Shown here: positions 5,843 through 14,894 of the stretch, one piece after another
Numbering within the stretch: position 1 is the first letter of the stretch
Layout of the letters: every line of letters begins with the position of its first letter
From: a virus
Taxonomy: Duplodnaviria; Caudoviricetes
Reading direction: 5' to 3' (one strand)
IMG/VR virus record: IMGVR_UViG_3300021446_000188
Span: 1-32,332 of that record
DNA length: 32,332 nt
The notes under the pieces: model-generated
Seen by the model: only the letters and a program-made list of their open reading frames with translations
Told to the model about the DNA's origin: nothing
Database searches by the model: none
Position numbers and translations under genes: made by a program

Positions 5843-7505
5843 CCACTCCTCACCTATGACCACCTGGATAGAGACAACGCACACGAAACAGGACGGCACG
5901 CCGTACACGCGCAAGATCAAAGTCGCCTCGATGGACGAGACGATCTGGTTCACCGACGAGGCCTACGCTGAGGTCGCCGATGATGTCGCCGATATCCTCG
6001 CAAACAACATCGACGACATCAGCACAGTCCCGGAGCCGTCGTCGCCGGGAGAATACTACGGTGACGCTGGGTCGAACACGGTAGTTGATGTCGTCGTCGC
6101 GGACGCGGCGTACGACAAACTGACCGTCGAGTCGATGGCCGCGGATGTGGTAGATACAGAGAACGCACGGACCGAAACGCTCGCATACGACTACTCGGAT
6201 AACTACCCGCAGTACCCCACGATGCCGTCGGCCGCGGGACTCATTCAACCCCGTCCCCACCCGATGGTCGACAACCCCGTCCTCTCACCCTCAGACGCGA
6301 CTGATGCCTCACCAAATGGGCTCGCCGACCCGTTCCTCTCGAAAGAGGGCAGCACGTATCATCTCTTCTTCGAGATGATTTCTGGCGGTTCGGGCAACGA
6401 AAACGTGATCGGGCACGCCACCAGTCACGACGGGCTCACCTGGAGTTACGACCAGATGGTGATAGACGGGAGCCAAGCGCCAGGCGATCACCTCGCCTAC
6501 CCCCATGTGTTCAAATGGAGTGGGGAATGGTACATGACGCCAGCGAACGGCGACAGCGACTTCCAAATCTGGAAAGCCGACCCGTTCCCGACGAGCTGGT
6601 CGATCGCCGAAGTCCCGATCACCACGGGCAGCATCGGCGAACAGGCGATGTTCCGCTGGAACGGACGGTGGTGGGCGACTTTCTCCGATAACGGCCACTA
6701 CCTCTACTACAGCGAGCAGACGGAGGGCGGCCCGACTGGTCTATCGTGGACCGCGCATTCAGAGAACCCAATCGAGTCGGCTGGCGACGGGCGGCTCCAG
6801 GGCCGTCCAGTTGTCCGAGACGAGCACGTTGACTTCTTCCGTCGAGACAACATCTCGATGTATCGCGCCCACACCCTGACCACCTCGACGTATGAGGAAG
6901 TGCAGGTTGGCGACAGCCCGATTCTGCGGAAGGAACCGAACACATGGACTCAACAGTCTCTCCATCACATCGATCTCCTCCGTGGCCGAGACAACGACAA
7001 TAGCATCATCGTTATCGACGGCCACAACGGCAACGAATACAGTCTCGGCATCTACACCGAGGGCGAACGCGACGGCGCAATCGGGAAGATATCGGCGACT
7101 TCAACGACGACCATCACGGATCAGGCGACCGATGGCTGGCAACAGGTCAACTTCGGAGAGGACACGTACTTCGTCGAGAACATCACCCCCCGATACGATC
7201 TTGACGAGATCATCACGGCGAAGTCAGGGTATCACGTCCTCTCGGGTCTGTCAACGTTCTCCAGTCCGACATTGACGCCGTTCGAAGCACGGCTTCGGGC
7301 GGAGAACACTTACACGGGCGAGACGATAGTGGAGACCACAGCGGAGGTAACGGCGAACCAGCGGACAATCCAATTACCCCAAACTATCGAGTGGTTGGAA
7401 GCGGGCGCAAACATCCACTTCGAGGTGTGGCAGAACTCGGGAGGGGACCAGACCATCGCAGGCGATGGATCGAAAACGGCATTCCAGATGCATCGGGTGT
7501 GGTAA
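5835..7505 (+). CDS. Multidomain glycan-binding/glycosidase-like protein: N-terminal anchor, five-bladed beta-propeller (GH43/GH32-clan, GINT1-N-like), C1q/TNF-like C-terminal domain
   Basis: NPVLS...LADPFL...YHLFFE...IGHATSHDGLTW...HLAYPHVFKW...WYMTP...WTAHSENPI...HHID propeller motifs; C-terminal WQQVNF...SGYH...WLEAGANIHFEVWQNSG jelly-roll; alternative start ATG 5856. Confidence 0.75.
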   Translation: MTDHSSPMTTWIETTHTKQDGTPYTRKIKVASMDETIWFTDEAYAEVADDVADILANNIDDISTVPEPSSPGEYYGDAGSNTVVDVVVADAAYDKLTVESMAADVVDTENARTETLAYDYSDNYPQYPTMPSAAGLIQPRPHPMVDNPVLSPSDATDASPNGLADPFLSKEGSTYHLFFEMISGGSGNENVIGHATSHDGLTWSYDQMVIDGSQAPGDHLAYPHVFKWSGEWYMTPANGDSDFQIWKADPFPTSWSIAEVPITTGSIGEQAMFRWNGRWWATFSDNGHYLYYSEQTEGGPTGLSWTAHSENPIESAGDGRLQGRPVVRDEHVDFFRRDNISMYRAHTLTTSTYEEVQVGDSPILRKEPNTWTQQSLHHIDLLRGRDNDNSIIVIDGHNGNEYSLGIYTEGERDGAIGKISATSTTTITDQATDGWQQVNFGEDTYFVENITPRYDLDEIITAKSGYHVLSGLSTFSSPTLTPFEARLRAENTYTGETIVETTAEVTANQRTIQLPQTIEWLEAGANIHFEVWQNSGGDQTIAGDGSKTAFQMHRVW

Positions 7506-8318
7506 TCACGCCGACGGTTCAAAGAACAATCCAGGCCGTGTCGGAACACGGTCTTTGATAATCTCGTGATCAAACCCGTTCTCTTCAAGCCAGAGGATGA
7601 TCTCGAATGCAGAGCCATCGTTAATCAGGTCAGGGTGGAGTTCAACGAACCCACGAATTGGCCCATTGCGCTCCAACAATTCGTCCATGATTTGGTATTC
7701 TGCGCCTTCAGCGTCGATCTTTACAAATGGTTGTTCAGCATCCAGTTCGTCGAGGATGCTGTCGATGCTACGGACGGGGACTGTCTCTGTTTTTGTGGTC
7801 TCCAACTCTGGGGAGATTGAATGGCTCACCGAGGATTCGAACCAATTGAGGCCTGATTGTTCAGTTTCGGCGAGAGCTAGTTCCGCTTCCCCATCGTGAT
7901 CACTGACAGCTGCTTGTTCAACGGTGGCATCCATCCCATTCGCAGCCACCTGCTGTTCACAGATGGCGGCGTTCGAACTACTGGGTTCGAATGCCACGAA
8001 TTCTGCATCGGGGTTCTGAACCCCGAAAATGACGGTGTAGAGGCCGAAGTGAGCACCGATATCTATGATAGCATCGTGCCCACCGTCGAAGTTGAACAAT
8101 TCGAGAGGCACTCCTTCACGTCTCGTCTCGCCGTTCTGGATTGCGTTAAAGAAGAACGAGAACTCTTTCTTGTCCGTGTATGTGTAGCGGAACTCGTGGC
8201 CGTTTTCCGTGAAGACAAATTCGTTCTGGTCTTGGTGTCGTTTCGCGGCCACGAATGAATCGGCTGCCGTATCGAGGATCGGACTGGGGACGAGTTCGGT
8301 AACTGCGGATAGGTTCAT
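7506..8318 (-). CDS. FkbM-family SAM-dependent methyltransferase (270 aa)
   Basis: IDIGAHFG motif I, AFEP, AAVSD, VKIDAEGAE; start MNLSAV at 8318 with a T-rich TATA-like box about 25 nt upstream; more AT-rich than the virion genes. Confidence 0.92.
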   Translation of the reverse strand: MNLSAVTELVPSPILDTAADSFVAAKRHQDQNEFVFTENGHEFRYTYTDKKEFSFFFNAIQNGETRREGVPLELFNFDGGHDAIIDIGAHFGLYTVIFGVQNPDAEFVAFEPSSSNAAICEQQVAANGMDATVEQAAVSDHDGEAELALAETEQSGLNWFESSVSHSISPELETTKTETVPVRSIDSILDELDAEQPFVKIDAEGAEYQIMDELLERNGPIRGFVELHPDLINDGSAFEIILWLEENGFDHEIIKDRVPTRPGLFFEPSA

Positions 8319-8422
8319 ACCCTCATACCATGCGCTACTGACAAAAAACCCACCGATCAGTCCTGAGACAGACCGAACGGCCAATTCAATTCACCCCGTC
8401 CTGCAACGACCCCCGTCAAGCC

Positions 8423-8539
8423 ATGCCTACCTGCACCTGCGGCGCGCACGTGAGCGACCGCTACCACCGCGTCTTCGCGCGGGACGACGGCACGCTCGAC
8501 CGGTGCCCGTCGTGTGGCTCGCTCGCGGACGACCCCTAA
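8423..8539 (+). CDS. Zinc-finger microprotein (38 aa, [18 protein letters not shown]...RCPSCG)
   Basis: Below the ORF-track cutoff; CxC...RVF...CPxC pattern common in haloarchaeal small proteins. Confidence 0.7.
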   Translation: MPTCTCGAHVSDRYHRVFARDDGTLDRCPSCGSLADDP

Positions 8540-8541
8540 CC

Positions 8542-8688
8542 ATGCCTGCATCCACCCCCCGCGGCGACGGCGACCTGCTGTTCTGCGTTGAGTGTGGCGA
8601 CCCCGTCCGCCGCGTCGCCGTCCTCGCCGCCGCGACCGACATCGAACGCTGTCCGACCTGCTTCGAGGCCCTTTTGACCCATGACTGA
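8542..8688 (+). CDS. Zinc-finger microprotein (48 aa; CVECG...CPTC)
   Basis: Starts 2 nt after the previous stop and overlaps the TerS start. Confidence 0.65.
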   Translation: MPASTPRGDGDLLFCVECGDPVRRVAVLAAATDIERCPTCFEALLTHD

Positions 8689-9181
8689 CGACGAGATCTG
8701 TGGTTCGACCGACACGTCATCGGGCGAGCCCTGTCAGCGCGATCCCGGTTGGGGGACCGACCGCGATCGCGGCCCCTGCCGGACGCACTCCGAGGACGGC
8801 GAGCCCCATCCGGGCCGGGACCCGAAGCTGACGAAACAGCGCCAGGAGTCGATCGCCGAGATGCTCGAAAACGGCCACTCGGTCGCAGCAGCCTGCCGGT
8901 GCAACGGCATCGGCCAGTCGACGTTCTACGACTGGCTCGATAAAGCCGACGAACAGGAGGCAGGTATCTACGCGGACTTCGCGGACAGGGTCGCGCGAGC
9001 GCGCGGAGCCGGCGAGCGGGAACTCGTCGACGAGCTGCTCGAAATGGCGCGTGAGGAACGCGACGCCCGGACCATCCTGTCAGTCCTGAAGAACCGATAC
9101 CCCGAGTCGTGGGGCGAATCGGACGACGACGGGGCCTCCGAGGAGCGCGTCGAGGTTTACCTCACTGCCGACAAGGACTGA
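8681..9181 (+). CDS. terS: Terminase small subunit (166 aa)
   Basis: N-terminal C/C/C/H knuckle, HTH (GHSVAAACRCNGIGQSTFYDW), helical tail with RYPESWG; upstream of TerL. Confidence 0.8.
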   Translation: MTDDEICGSTDTSSGEPCQRDPGWGTDRDRGPCRTHSEDGEPHPGRDPKLTKQRQESIAEMLENGHSVAAACRCNGIGQSTFYDWLDKADEQEAGIYADFADRVARARGAGERELVDELLEMAREERDARTILSVLKNRYPESWGESDDDGASEERVEVYLTADKD

Positions 9182-9185
9182 GCCC

Positions 9186-9461
9186 ATGCCACAAACATAC
9201 CGCACTCTTCGGGACGTCATGAGCGCCGTCGACGTCAACCGGCCAGAGTGGGCTGAGCGGTATGCGGTCGGTGACGACATCGGGTTCCGGATCGACGGCG
9301 CAGTTGAGACCGAACCGGTGGCCGGATTCTCCTCACGCGACGAGTACCATGGCCTCCCCGTCATCGTCGTCCCGGGGCGGCTGGCCGGACTGTTCGAGGA
9401 CAACGTCGGCACGGCGGCAATCCCCAAATCGTATCACGCCCCGCGGGAGGCCAGACCATGA
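9186..9461 (+). CDS. Hypothetical protein between TerS and TerL (91 aa)
   Basis: Fills the gap exactly; ATGA overlap with terL. Confidence 0.7.
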   Translation: MPQTYRTLRDVMSAVDVNRPEWAERYAVGDDIGFRIDGAVETEPVAGFSSRDEYHGLPVIVVPGRLAGLFEDNVGTAAIPKSYHAPREARP

Positions 9462-10831
9462 GCGTCACGAAACCTCAAACCGGACTCACCGACGAGTTCC
9501 CCGAACCGACGGTCACGATCTTCGACCGCGGTCGGGATACGCGGGAGATCCGCCCCTACGTGCACGAGGACACAGGACTCGCTCCTCAGGAGGACTTCCT
9601 CGCGGGGCCCGCCGGCGACGCCGCGATCACGTCGGAGGCCCAGACGCACGTCATTGTCTCGGGGCTGGGGGCGGGCAAGACGGCGGCGCTCATCCTCCGG
9701 GCCTGGGCGAACGCTGAGCGCTGGAACCGCGGAGAGCTGGGCGCGCTCATCGCTCCCGACTGGCCGACGATCAAGAACGCCATCCTCCCGACGTTCCGCG
9801 AGTTCGGACTGCTGGACGTCTGCGAGTACGTCGGTCCCGGCGGTGAGGAACCAGGCATCCACACGCCGTCGGGGTCTCGGATCATCCTCCAGACGGCGTC
9901 GAACGAGCGGAAGATCCGGCGGCTGCGGGGGCCGAATCTGGCGTGGGTCGGCATCGACGAGCCGGCGTCGGTCTCCGAGCGGGCGTACGATGTGGTTTCG
10001 GGCCGCCTTCGCGTCGGGAACTACCGAAACGCGTTCGTCACTGGGACGCCGCGGGGCTTCAACTGGGTCTACGATCGCTTCTACGATCTCGACGGCTACC
10101 ATGTGCTCAAGGACGACGTCTACGAGGTTCGGGAGTCCGACCGCATTCGCGGAATCTTCGGTGTCCCATCGTGGCTGAACCCCCACAACCCCGACGACTA
10201 CATTGAGCGCTTGGAGTCGGAGTACGCCGGCTCCTATCGCGAGCAGGAACTTGAAGGGAAGTTCACCCAAGCCGACGGCTTGGTCTACGACTGGTTCGAC
10301 CGCGACGACCACGTCGTCGGCGAGGCTCCCGACCAGTTCGATGAGACAGTGTACGGCGTCGACTGGGGATGGAGCAACCACGCGGCGATCGTCGCCTGTC
10401 GGGTCGCCGGCGACCACTGTACAGTCAGTGAGGTCGTCAAGTCCCGGCGGATGGGCAACGACGACATCGCCTGCGAACTGGAGCGCCTGCAGGAGGCACA
10501 TGGCACCGGGCCGGTGTACGCCGACCCCGCCGAACCCAAGTCCGTCGACGAGGTGAGCAGCAAGGGATTCGACATCCAAGCAGCGGACAACGCCGTCGAG
10601 GAAGGAATCAAAGCCGTCCACGCCAAACGGGACGGACTCACGGTAGTTGACCTCTGCCAGGAGTTCCTCAACGAGATCAACACCTACCAGTACAAGGATG
10701 ACTCCGAGGAGCCTCGCAAGGAGAACGACCACCTGATGGACGCGTTCCGCTACGCGCTGTTCACGCACGAGACGACGACCACCGTCCGGCGGCGGTCGGG
10801 CGCGTCGCCAACGAAGGGGAACTTCCGATAA
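9458..10831 (+). CDS. terL: Terminase large subunit (457 aa)
   Basis: Walker A SGLGAGKT, Walker B VGIDE, TGTP motif, nuclease GVDWG and DHLMDAFRYA. Confidence 0.97.
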   Translation: MSVTKPQTGLTDEFPEPTVTIFDRGRDTREIRPYVHEDTGLAPQEDFLAGPAGDAAITSEAQTHVIVSGLGAGKTAALILRAWANAERWNRGELGALIAPDWPTIKNAILPTFREFGLLDVCEYVGPGGEEPGIHTPSGSRIILQTASNERKIRRLRGPNLAWVGIDEPASVSERAYDVVSGRLRVGNYRNAFVTGTPRGFNWVYDRFYDLDGYHVLKDDVYEVRESDRIRGIFGVPSWLNPHNPDDYIERLESEYAGSYREQELEGKFTQADGLVYDWFDRDDHVVGEAPDQFDETVYGVDWGWSNHAAIVACRVAGDHCTVSEVVKSRRMGNDDIACELERLQEAHGTGPVYADPAEPKSVDEVSSKGFDIQAADNAVEEGIKAVHAKRDGLTVVDLCQEFLNEINTYQYKDDSEEPRKENDHLMDAFRYALFTHETTTTVRRRSGASPTKGNFR

Positions 10832-10834
10832 CAC

Positions 10835-12334
10835 ATGTCACAGCGCTCCCGTCTCCGCACGACGATCGCGGCACTGCAAGACCGGCTGTCCCAAACCGTC
10901 GAGACGGTCTCGCGGTCGAGCCAGCTCCAGACCGCGGGCACCGGCATCGAGGATCTCGACCCGCCGGAGGACATCGACGAGTACCACGACCTCTATCGCA
11001 CAACCGGCATCGTCCGGGCGAACATCAACCAGTTCGTCCGCGATGTCACCGAGCCCGGGGCGCGTGTGCAGGCCGACGACGACGCGACGCAGGCGTACTT
11101 CATGGGCGGCGACGACGCGCCCGACGGTGCTCCGGCCGGCGGCTTTATCAAGAACTGCGCCGTCATCGCTGGTGAGAAACGCCAGCCGTTTTACCCACTG
11201 CTGCAGTCGTCGATCATCCAGAAGTGGACGCGCGGCACCACCCTCGTCGAGTACCTCAAGGACGACCCCGACGACATCGCGTCGCCGATCACGGGCTTCA
11301 AACAGATCCGCCCGGAGACCGTGTCGGCCCGCACCTACGAGAACCAGAACGTGCTCGTCGACCCCGAGGACACCGATGCGGATGTCGAGACGACGCGGCG
11401 CGGCGAAGCCGCCGCCTACGTGCAGTTCGACGACCAGTCCATCCTCGGCCGTCGGATCGGCGGCTTCGACGACAAGGAGACGATTCCGCTCTCCCAGAAC
11501 GATGTGCTCAAGCAGGTGCTGGACCCCGACATCGGCGGCACCACTGCCGACGAGGAGGGCGTGTTCGGCACCTCGATCATGGAGGCGATCGCCGAGGATG
11601 TCGAGGAGTACGAAGAAACCAAGCGCGACCGGTTCCGCGCCATCAAGACAAAAGCGTGGGGCATCTGGGAGGCAGAGTTCAACACCGAGGTGACCGAGGC
11701 CGGCAACGAGGTCATCCTGCAAGAGTGGGACGAAAGCGAGCAGGACGAGTGGCTCAACGAAGTCGACGACCTCGCGCCCGGCGAGATCCTCGGTCACGAC
11801 GGGTCGATCGACCTCAACAAGTTCGAGGGCGAGGTCCCCGACCTCGGCGGCACCCTCCAGCACTACGTCGACGACATCCTCGGCCCGCTCCCCGCGCCGA
11901 AGTACGCGACGGCACACGGCGAGGACATCACCCAGCACGTCACTGGCGAACAAGGCGAGTCCTACACCGACCTCATCCGCGAGGAGCGACAGGCCCAAGC
12001 CCGGGACTGGACGCAGGCAATGCGATTGGTCGCCGAGCGCCACCCTGACTTGGACCCCAGCGGTGTCGAACTCGTCCTCGAACCCGAAGAGGACGACTCG
12101 CCGGTGCTGTCGCTCGACCAGGACGAGGTCGACCGACTCAAAACCTACGCCGAGGCGCTGGACCTGCTGGCCGGGCCGACACAAGGCCCCGGCACGCTCG
12201 TCGAGGACGACACCCTGCGCGAACTCATCGCCCAACTCCCCGAGGACGCCCAACCCGACACCGAGCAACCGCTCGACGAAGACGACGCAAACGTCGAGGC
12301 ACAGTTCGACGCGGCGTTCGGCGGTGATGGGTGA
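10835..12334 (+). CDS. Portal protein (499 aa)
   Basis: Directly after TerL; typical size; GVFGTSIME motif; acidic C-terminus. Confidence 0.88.
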   Translation: MSQRSRLRTTIAALQDRLSQTVETVSRSSQLQTAGTGIEDLDPPEDIDEYHDLYRTTGIVRANINQFVRDVTEPGARVQADDDATQAYFMGGDDAPDGAPAGGFIKNCAVIAGEKRQPFYPLLQSSIIQKWTRGTTLVEYLKDDPDDIASPITGFKQIRPETVSARTYENQNVLVDPEDTDADVETTRRGEAAAYVQFDDQSILGRRIGGFDDKETIPLSQNDVLKQVLDPDIGGTTADEEGVFGTSIMEAIAEDVEEYEETKRDRFRAIKTKAWGIWEAEFNTEVTEAGNEVILQEWDESEQDEWLNEVDDLAPGEILGHDGSIDLNKFEGEVPDLGGTLQHYVDDILGPLPAPKYATAHGEDITQHVTGEQGESYTDLIREERQAQARDWTQAMRLVAERHPDLDPSGVELVLEPEEDDSPVLSLDQDEVDRLKTYAEALDLLAGPTQGPGTLVEDDTLRELIAQLPEDAQPDTEQPLDEDDANVEAQFDAAFGGDG

Positions 12335-12456
12335 TGCCACTCTGTGCACGTTGTCGGCGCGAGGCCGAAACGGTGTCTTCTGTTGAGGTTAGTTCGCCAG
12401 CGATGGCAGAGGGCCAGGTATGTAGCCGATGTGGTCTACCCCCCGAGGATCACTAA
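12334..12456 (+). CDS. Zinc-finger microprotein (40 aa, MPLCARCRR...VCSRCGLPPEDH)
   Basis: Not in the ORF track; TGATG overlap with the portal stop and TAATG overlap with the MuF start; two CxxC motifs. Confidence 0.7.
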   Translation: MPLCARCRREAETVSSVEVSSPAMAEGQVCSRCGLPPEDH

Positions 12457-13316
12457 TGTCTGCAACCGACGCGCTGGCGCAAGCCAAGACGGACCCAACG
12501 GGCACCACGACGACCCGCCGGCGCTACGCCCGGCGACTGCGGGGCGCGTTCGGGCGCATTAGTGCCGCCGTTTGGGAGAGCGTCGTCGACAATGATGTCT
12601 TCGGCCTGCGCGAGGAGGGCTTGGCCGACCCGCTTTCCCCTGGCCGGTTCCCACGGCGCGAGGACAAGCAAATCGAGACGTTCGACGCGTGGCTCAAGCG
12701 CCAGCAGCGCCAAGATGTCCTGTCGATCATCGACCGCAACGACAACCAGTTCGTTCGCGCCGCCTACGACAAGGGCGCGCGCGATGCCGGGGCTCGACTC
12801 CGGGCGGCCGGCGTCGACGTGCCTATCGAGGGCATCGAGTCGAGTTTCGCCCTACCCGTCCACCGCGACACGCTGCAACGACTCTATACGTCGGACTACA
12901 GCGACCTTGAAGGGATCACGGCGGAGGTGTCGAAGCAGTCGAACCGCGTGCTGGCGACGGGGTTCGCCCGCGGTGAGACCCCGACGACGATCGCCCGCGA
13001 TCTGACCGACCGGATCGACGCGGTCGGCAAGACGCGAGCGACGACGCTGGCACGCACCTCCGTCATCGACGCGCACGCCGAGGGGGCGCTGGCCCGTTAC
13101 GAGCGCTACAGCGACCAGATCGACGGCGTCACGGTCGAAGCGGAGTGGCAGACCGCGGGCGACGACCGCGTCTGCTCGACGTGTCAAGCGCTCGAAGGGC
13201 GGACGTTCACGATCAAGGAGGCGCGCACCGAGACAGTGACGATCGATGGGTCGGACGTGCCGATAAAACCGCCCGCTCACCCACGGTGCCGGTGCGCTAT
13301 CTTACCCGTCACCTGA
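12456..13316 (+). CDS. SPP1 gp7 / MuF-like minor head protein (286 aa)
   Basis: RATTLARTS...EWQTAGDDRVCSTC...PPAHPRCRC. Confidence 0.92.
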   Translation: MSATDALAQAKTDPTGTTTTRRRYARRLRGAFGRISAAVWESVVDNDVFGLREEGLADPLSPGRFPRREDKQIETFDAWLKRQQRQDVLSIIDRNDNQFVRAAYDKGARDAGARLRAAGVDVPIEGIESSFALPVHRDTLQRLYTSDYSDLEGITAEVSKQSNRVLATGFARGETPTTIARDLTDRIDAVGKTRATTLARTSVIDAHAEGALARYERYSDQIDGVTVEAEWQTAGDDRVCSTCQALEGRTFTIKEARTETVTIDGSDVPIKPPAHPRCRCAILPVT

Positions 13317-13323
13317 AAGTACC

Positions 13324-14508
13324 ATGACTGACGCACATCCACAGCACGGCCCGAGTAGCATCGCCGCCCTCGCGACCGACGACCCCTCGTTCGAAGCCGG
13401 GGACGGTCCGTACAAGGTCCACGGCATCGCCCTCGGCGAGGGCGACACCACCCAGGGTGTCTCCGGCGACCGCGTGCGCTGGCCCCGTGAATCGCTCGAA
13501 GACGCCGCCGCGAAACTGGTCGGCAAGAAGCTCACCGACGGGCGGAATCACGAAACCCTCGAACAGAGCCAGCCACCGACGTCGGCCATCATCGGCGAGG
13601 TGACCGACGCCGCCTACGAGCCGGGCGTCGGCATCGTCTACGAGGGCGAGGTGGACAGCCCCGACATCGCGCGGCTCATCCACCGCGACCGCGTCGATGT
13701 CTCGCCGGTCATCGCCTACGCTGCTAGCGAGGGCGATGGGGACGTCGATGTCGTCGCCGAGGAGATCGAGGCGTTCCGCGACTTGGCCGTCGTGGCCGAG
13801 GGCGCGGCACCGTCGAACGACATCTCGCCCGGCGCGGCACCGGACTCGGTCACTGCGGCGGCGATGGCGGGGCTACAGGCAACGTTCGCCGATACGGCCG
13901 ACGACGAGGCCGTGGCCGCGGCGATGGCAGCGACCACCGGCGATGACGGGGCAGACGGCGACACGCCCCAGAGCACTGGTGGCCAGGACGCACCGACCGG
14001 CAACCACAGCGACACGACAGACATGAATCAGGACGACATCACCGACAGCGAGCGCGAGCTCCTCGCGGCCGTCAACGACCCCGAAGCGGCCATCGAAGTG
14101 CTCCAGAAGTACAAGGGCCGCGAGGAGCCGCGCATCGTCGAACAGGACGAGCTTGAAGCGCTCGAAGCAGAGAACCGCGAGGTCCGCGAGGCGCTGGCCA
14201 TGCAACTCACCGACGACGAGTTCGCCGCCGAGGCGATGGCCAAGCAGCACGACGCCGCCGCCCTCAAGGAGCAGGTCGCCGGCGACGACGAGTCACTCGG
14301 CGAGGCCCTCCAGCAGACCCCCGAGACGGGGAGCGCCGACGAGGCGGACGGGCAGGAGGCGCTGGGTGACGCCGACCAGGACGAGGTCGAGACGCTCACC
14401 GAGCAGATCGACGCGTTCGAGCGCCGCGGTTGGGACGCCGCTGCCGAGACCAAGCGCGAACGGCTGGCCGAACTGACTGGCCAGGACCCCGACGAACTGG
14501 AGGTGTAA
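13324..14508 (+). CDS. Prohead protease / scaffold fusion (394 aa)
   Basis: N-terminal assemblin-like domain (VHGIAL...NHE...IIGEV...DVSP...DLAVV..GA), low-complexity linker, helical acidic C-terminus. Confidence 0.8.
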   Translation: MTDAHPQHGPSSIAALATDDPSFEAGDGPYKVHGIALGEGDTTQGVSGDRVRWPRESLEDAAAKLVGKKLTDGRNHETLEQSQPPTSAIIGEVTDAAYEPGVGIVYEGEVDSPDIARLIHRDRVDVSPVIAYAASEGDGDVDVVAEEIEAFRDLAVVAEGAAPSNDISPGAAPDSVTAAAMAGLQATFADTADDEAVAAAMAATTGDDGADGDTPQSTGGQDAPTGNHSDTTDMNQDDITDSERELLAAVNDPEAAIEVLQKYKGREEPRIVEQDELEALEAENREVREALAMQLTDDEFAAEAMAKQHDAAALKEQVAGDDESLGEALQQTPETGSADEADGQEALGDADQDEVETLTEQIDAFERRGWDAAAETKRERLAELTGQDPDELEV

Positions 14509-14511
14509 CAC

Positions 14512-14883
14512 ATGACGCTAGACGCAGGAGACCCCTACGAAGGCGACTGGGAAAGTACGACGATGGAATCCGACGGCAGCGGGTCGGCGGGCGACCTCGT
14601 CGAAGTAAGCAGCGGGCAGGTGTCGCAGATGGCGGCCGGGTCAACCGGCACCATCTTCGGCGTCCTCGCCAGCGACCCCCCGGCGGCCGGTGAAGACGTC
14701 GAAGTCCTCACCGACGGCAAGGTCGTCACGAACGCCGACTCCGGCGCGTCCGTCGACGAAGCGGACGTCTCCGGCTCCAACGCTGGGCAGGTGGCCGGCG
14801 GCGGCAGTTCCGGCCACTTCATCGTCGAGGCAGAAGCCAGCGGCGACCTCGCCGCCGGCACGGCGGTTCTCATGCTGTACTGA
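14512..14883 (+). CDS. Capsid cement / decoration protein (123 aa)
   Basis: Gly/Ala-rich AGDLV...FGVL...AAGEDVEV..DG pattern; lies between protease and MCP. Confidence 0.7.
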   Translation: MTLDAGDPYEGDWESTTMESDGSGSAGDLVEVSSGQVSQMAAGSTGTIFGVLASDPPAAGEDVEVLTDGKVVTNADSGASVDEADVSGSNAGQVAGGGSSGHFIVEAEASGDLAAGTAVLMLY

Positions 14884-14894
14884 GGTAAGCACAC

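Noticed and set aside
7506-8318. Methyltransferase as a DNA methylase or restriction-modification component
   Set aside because: Lacks DPPY/NPPY or PC catalytic motifs; has the FkbM-type FEP and KIDxEGxE signature
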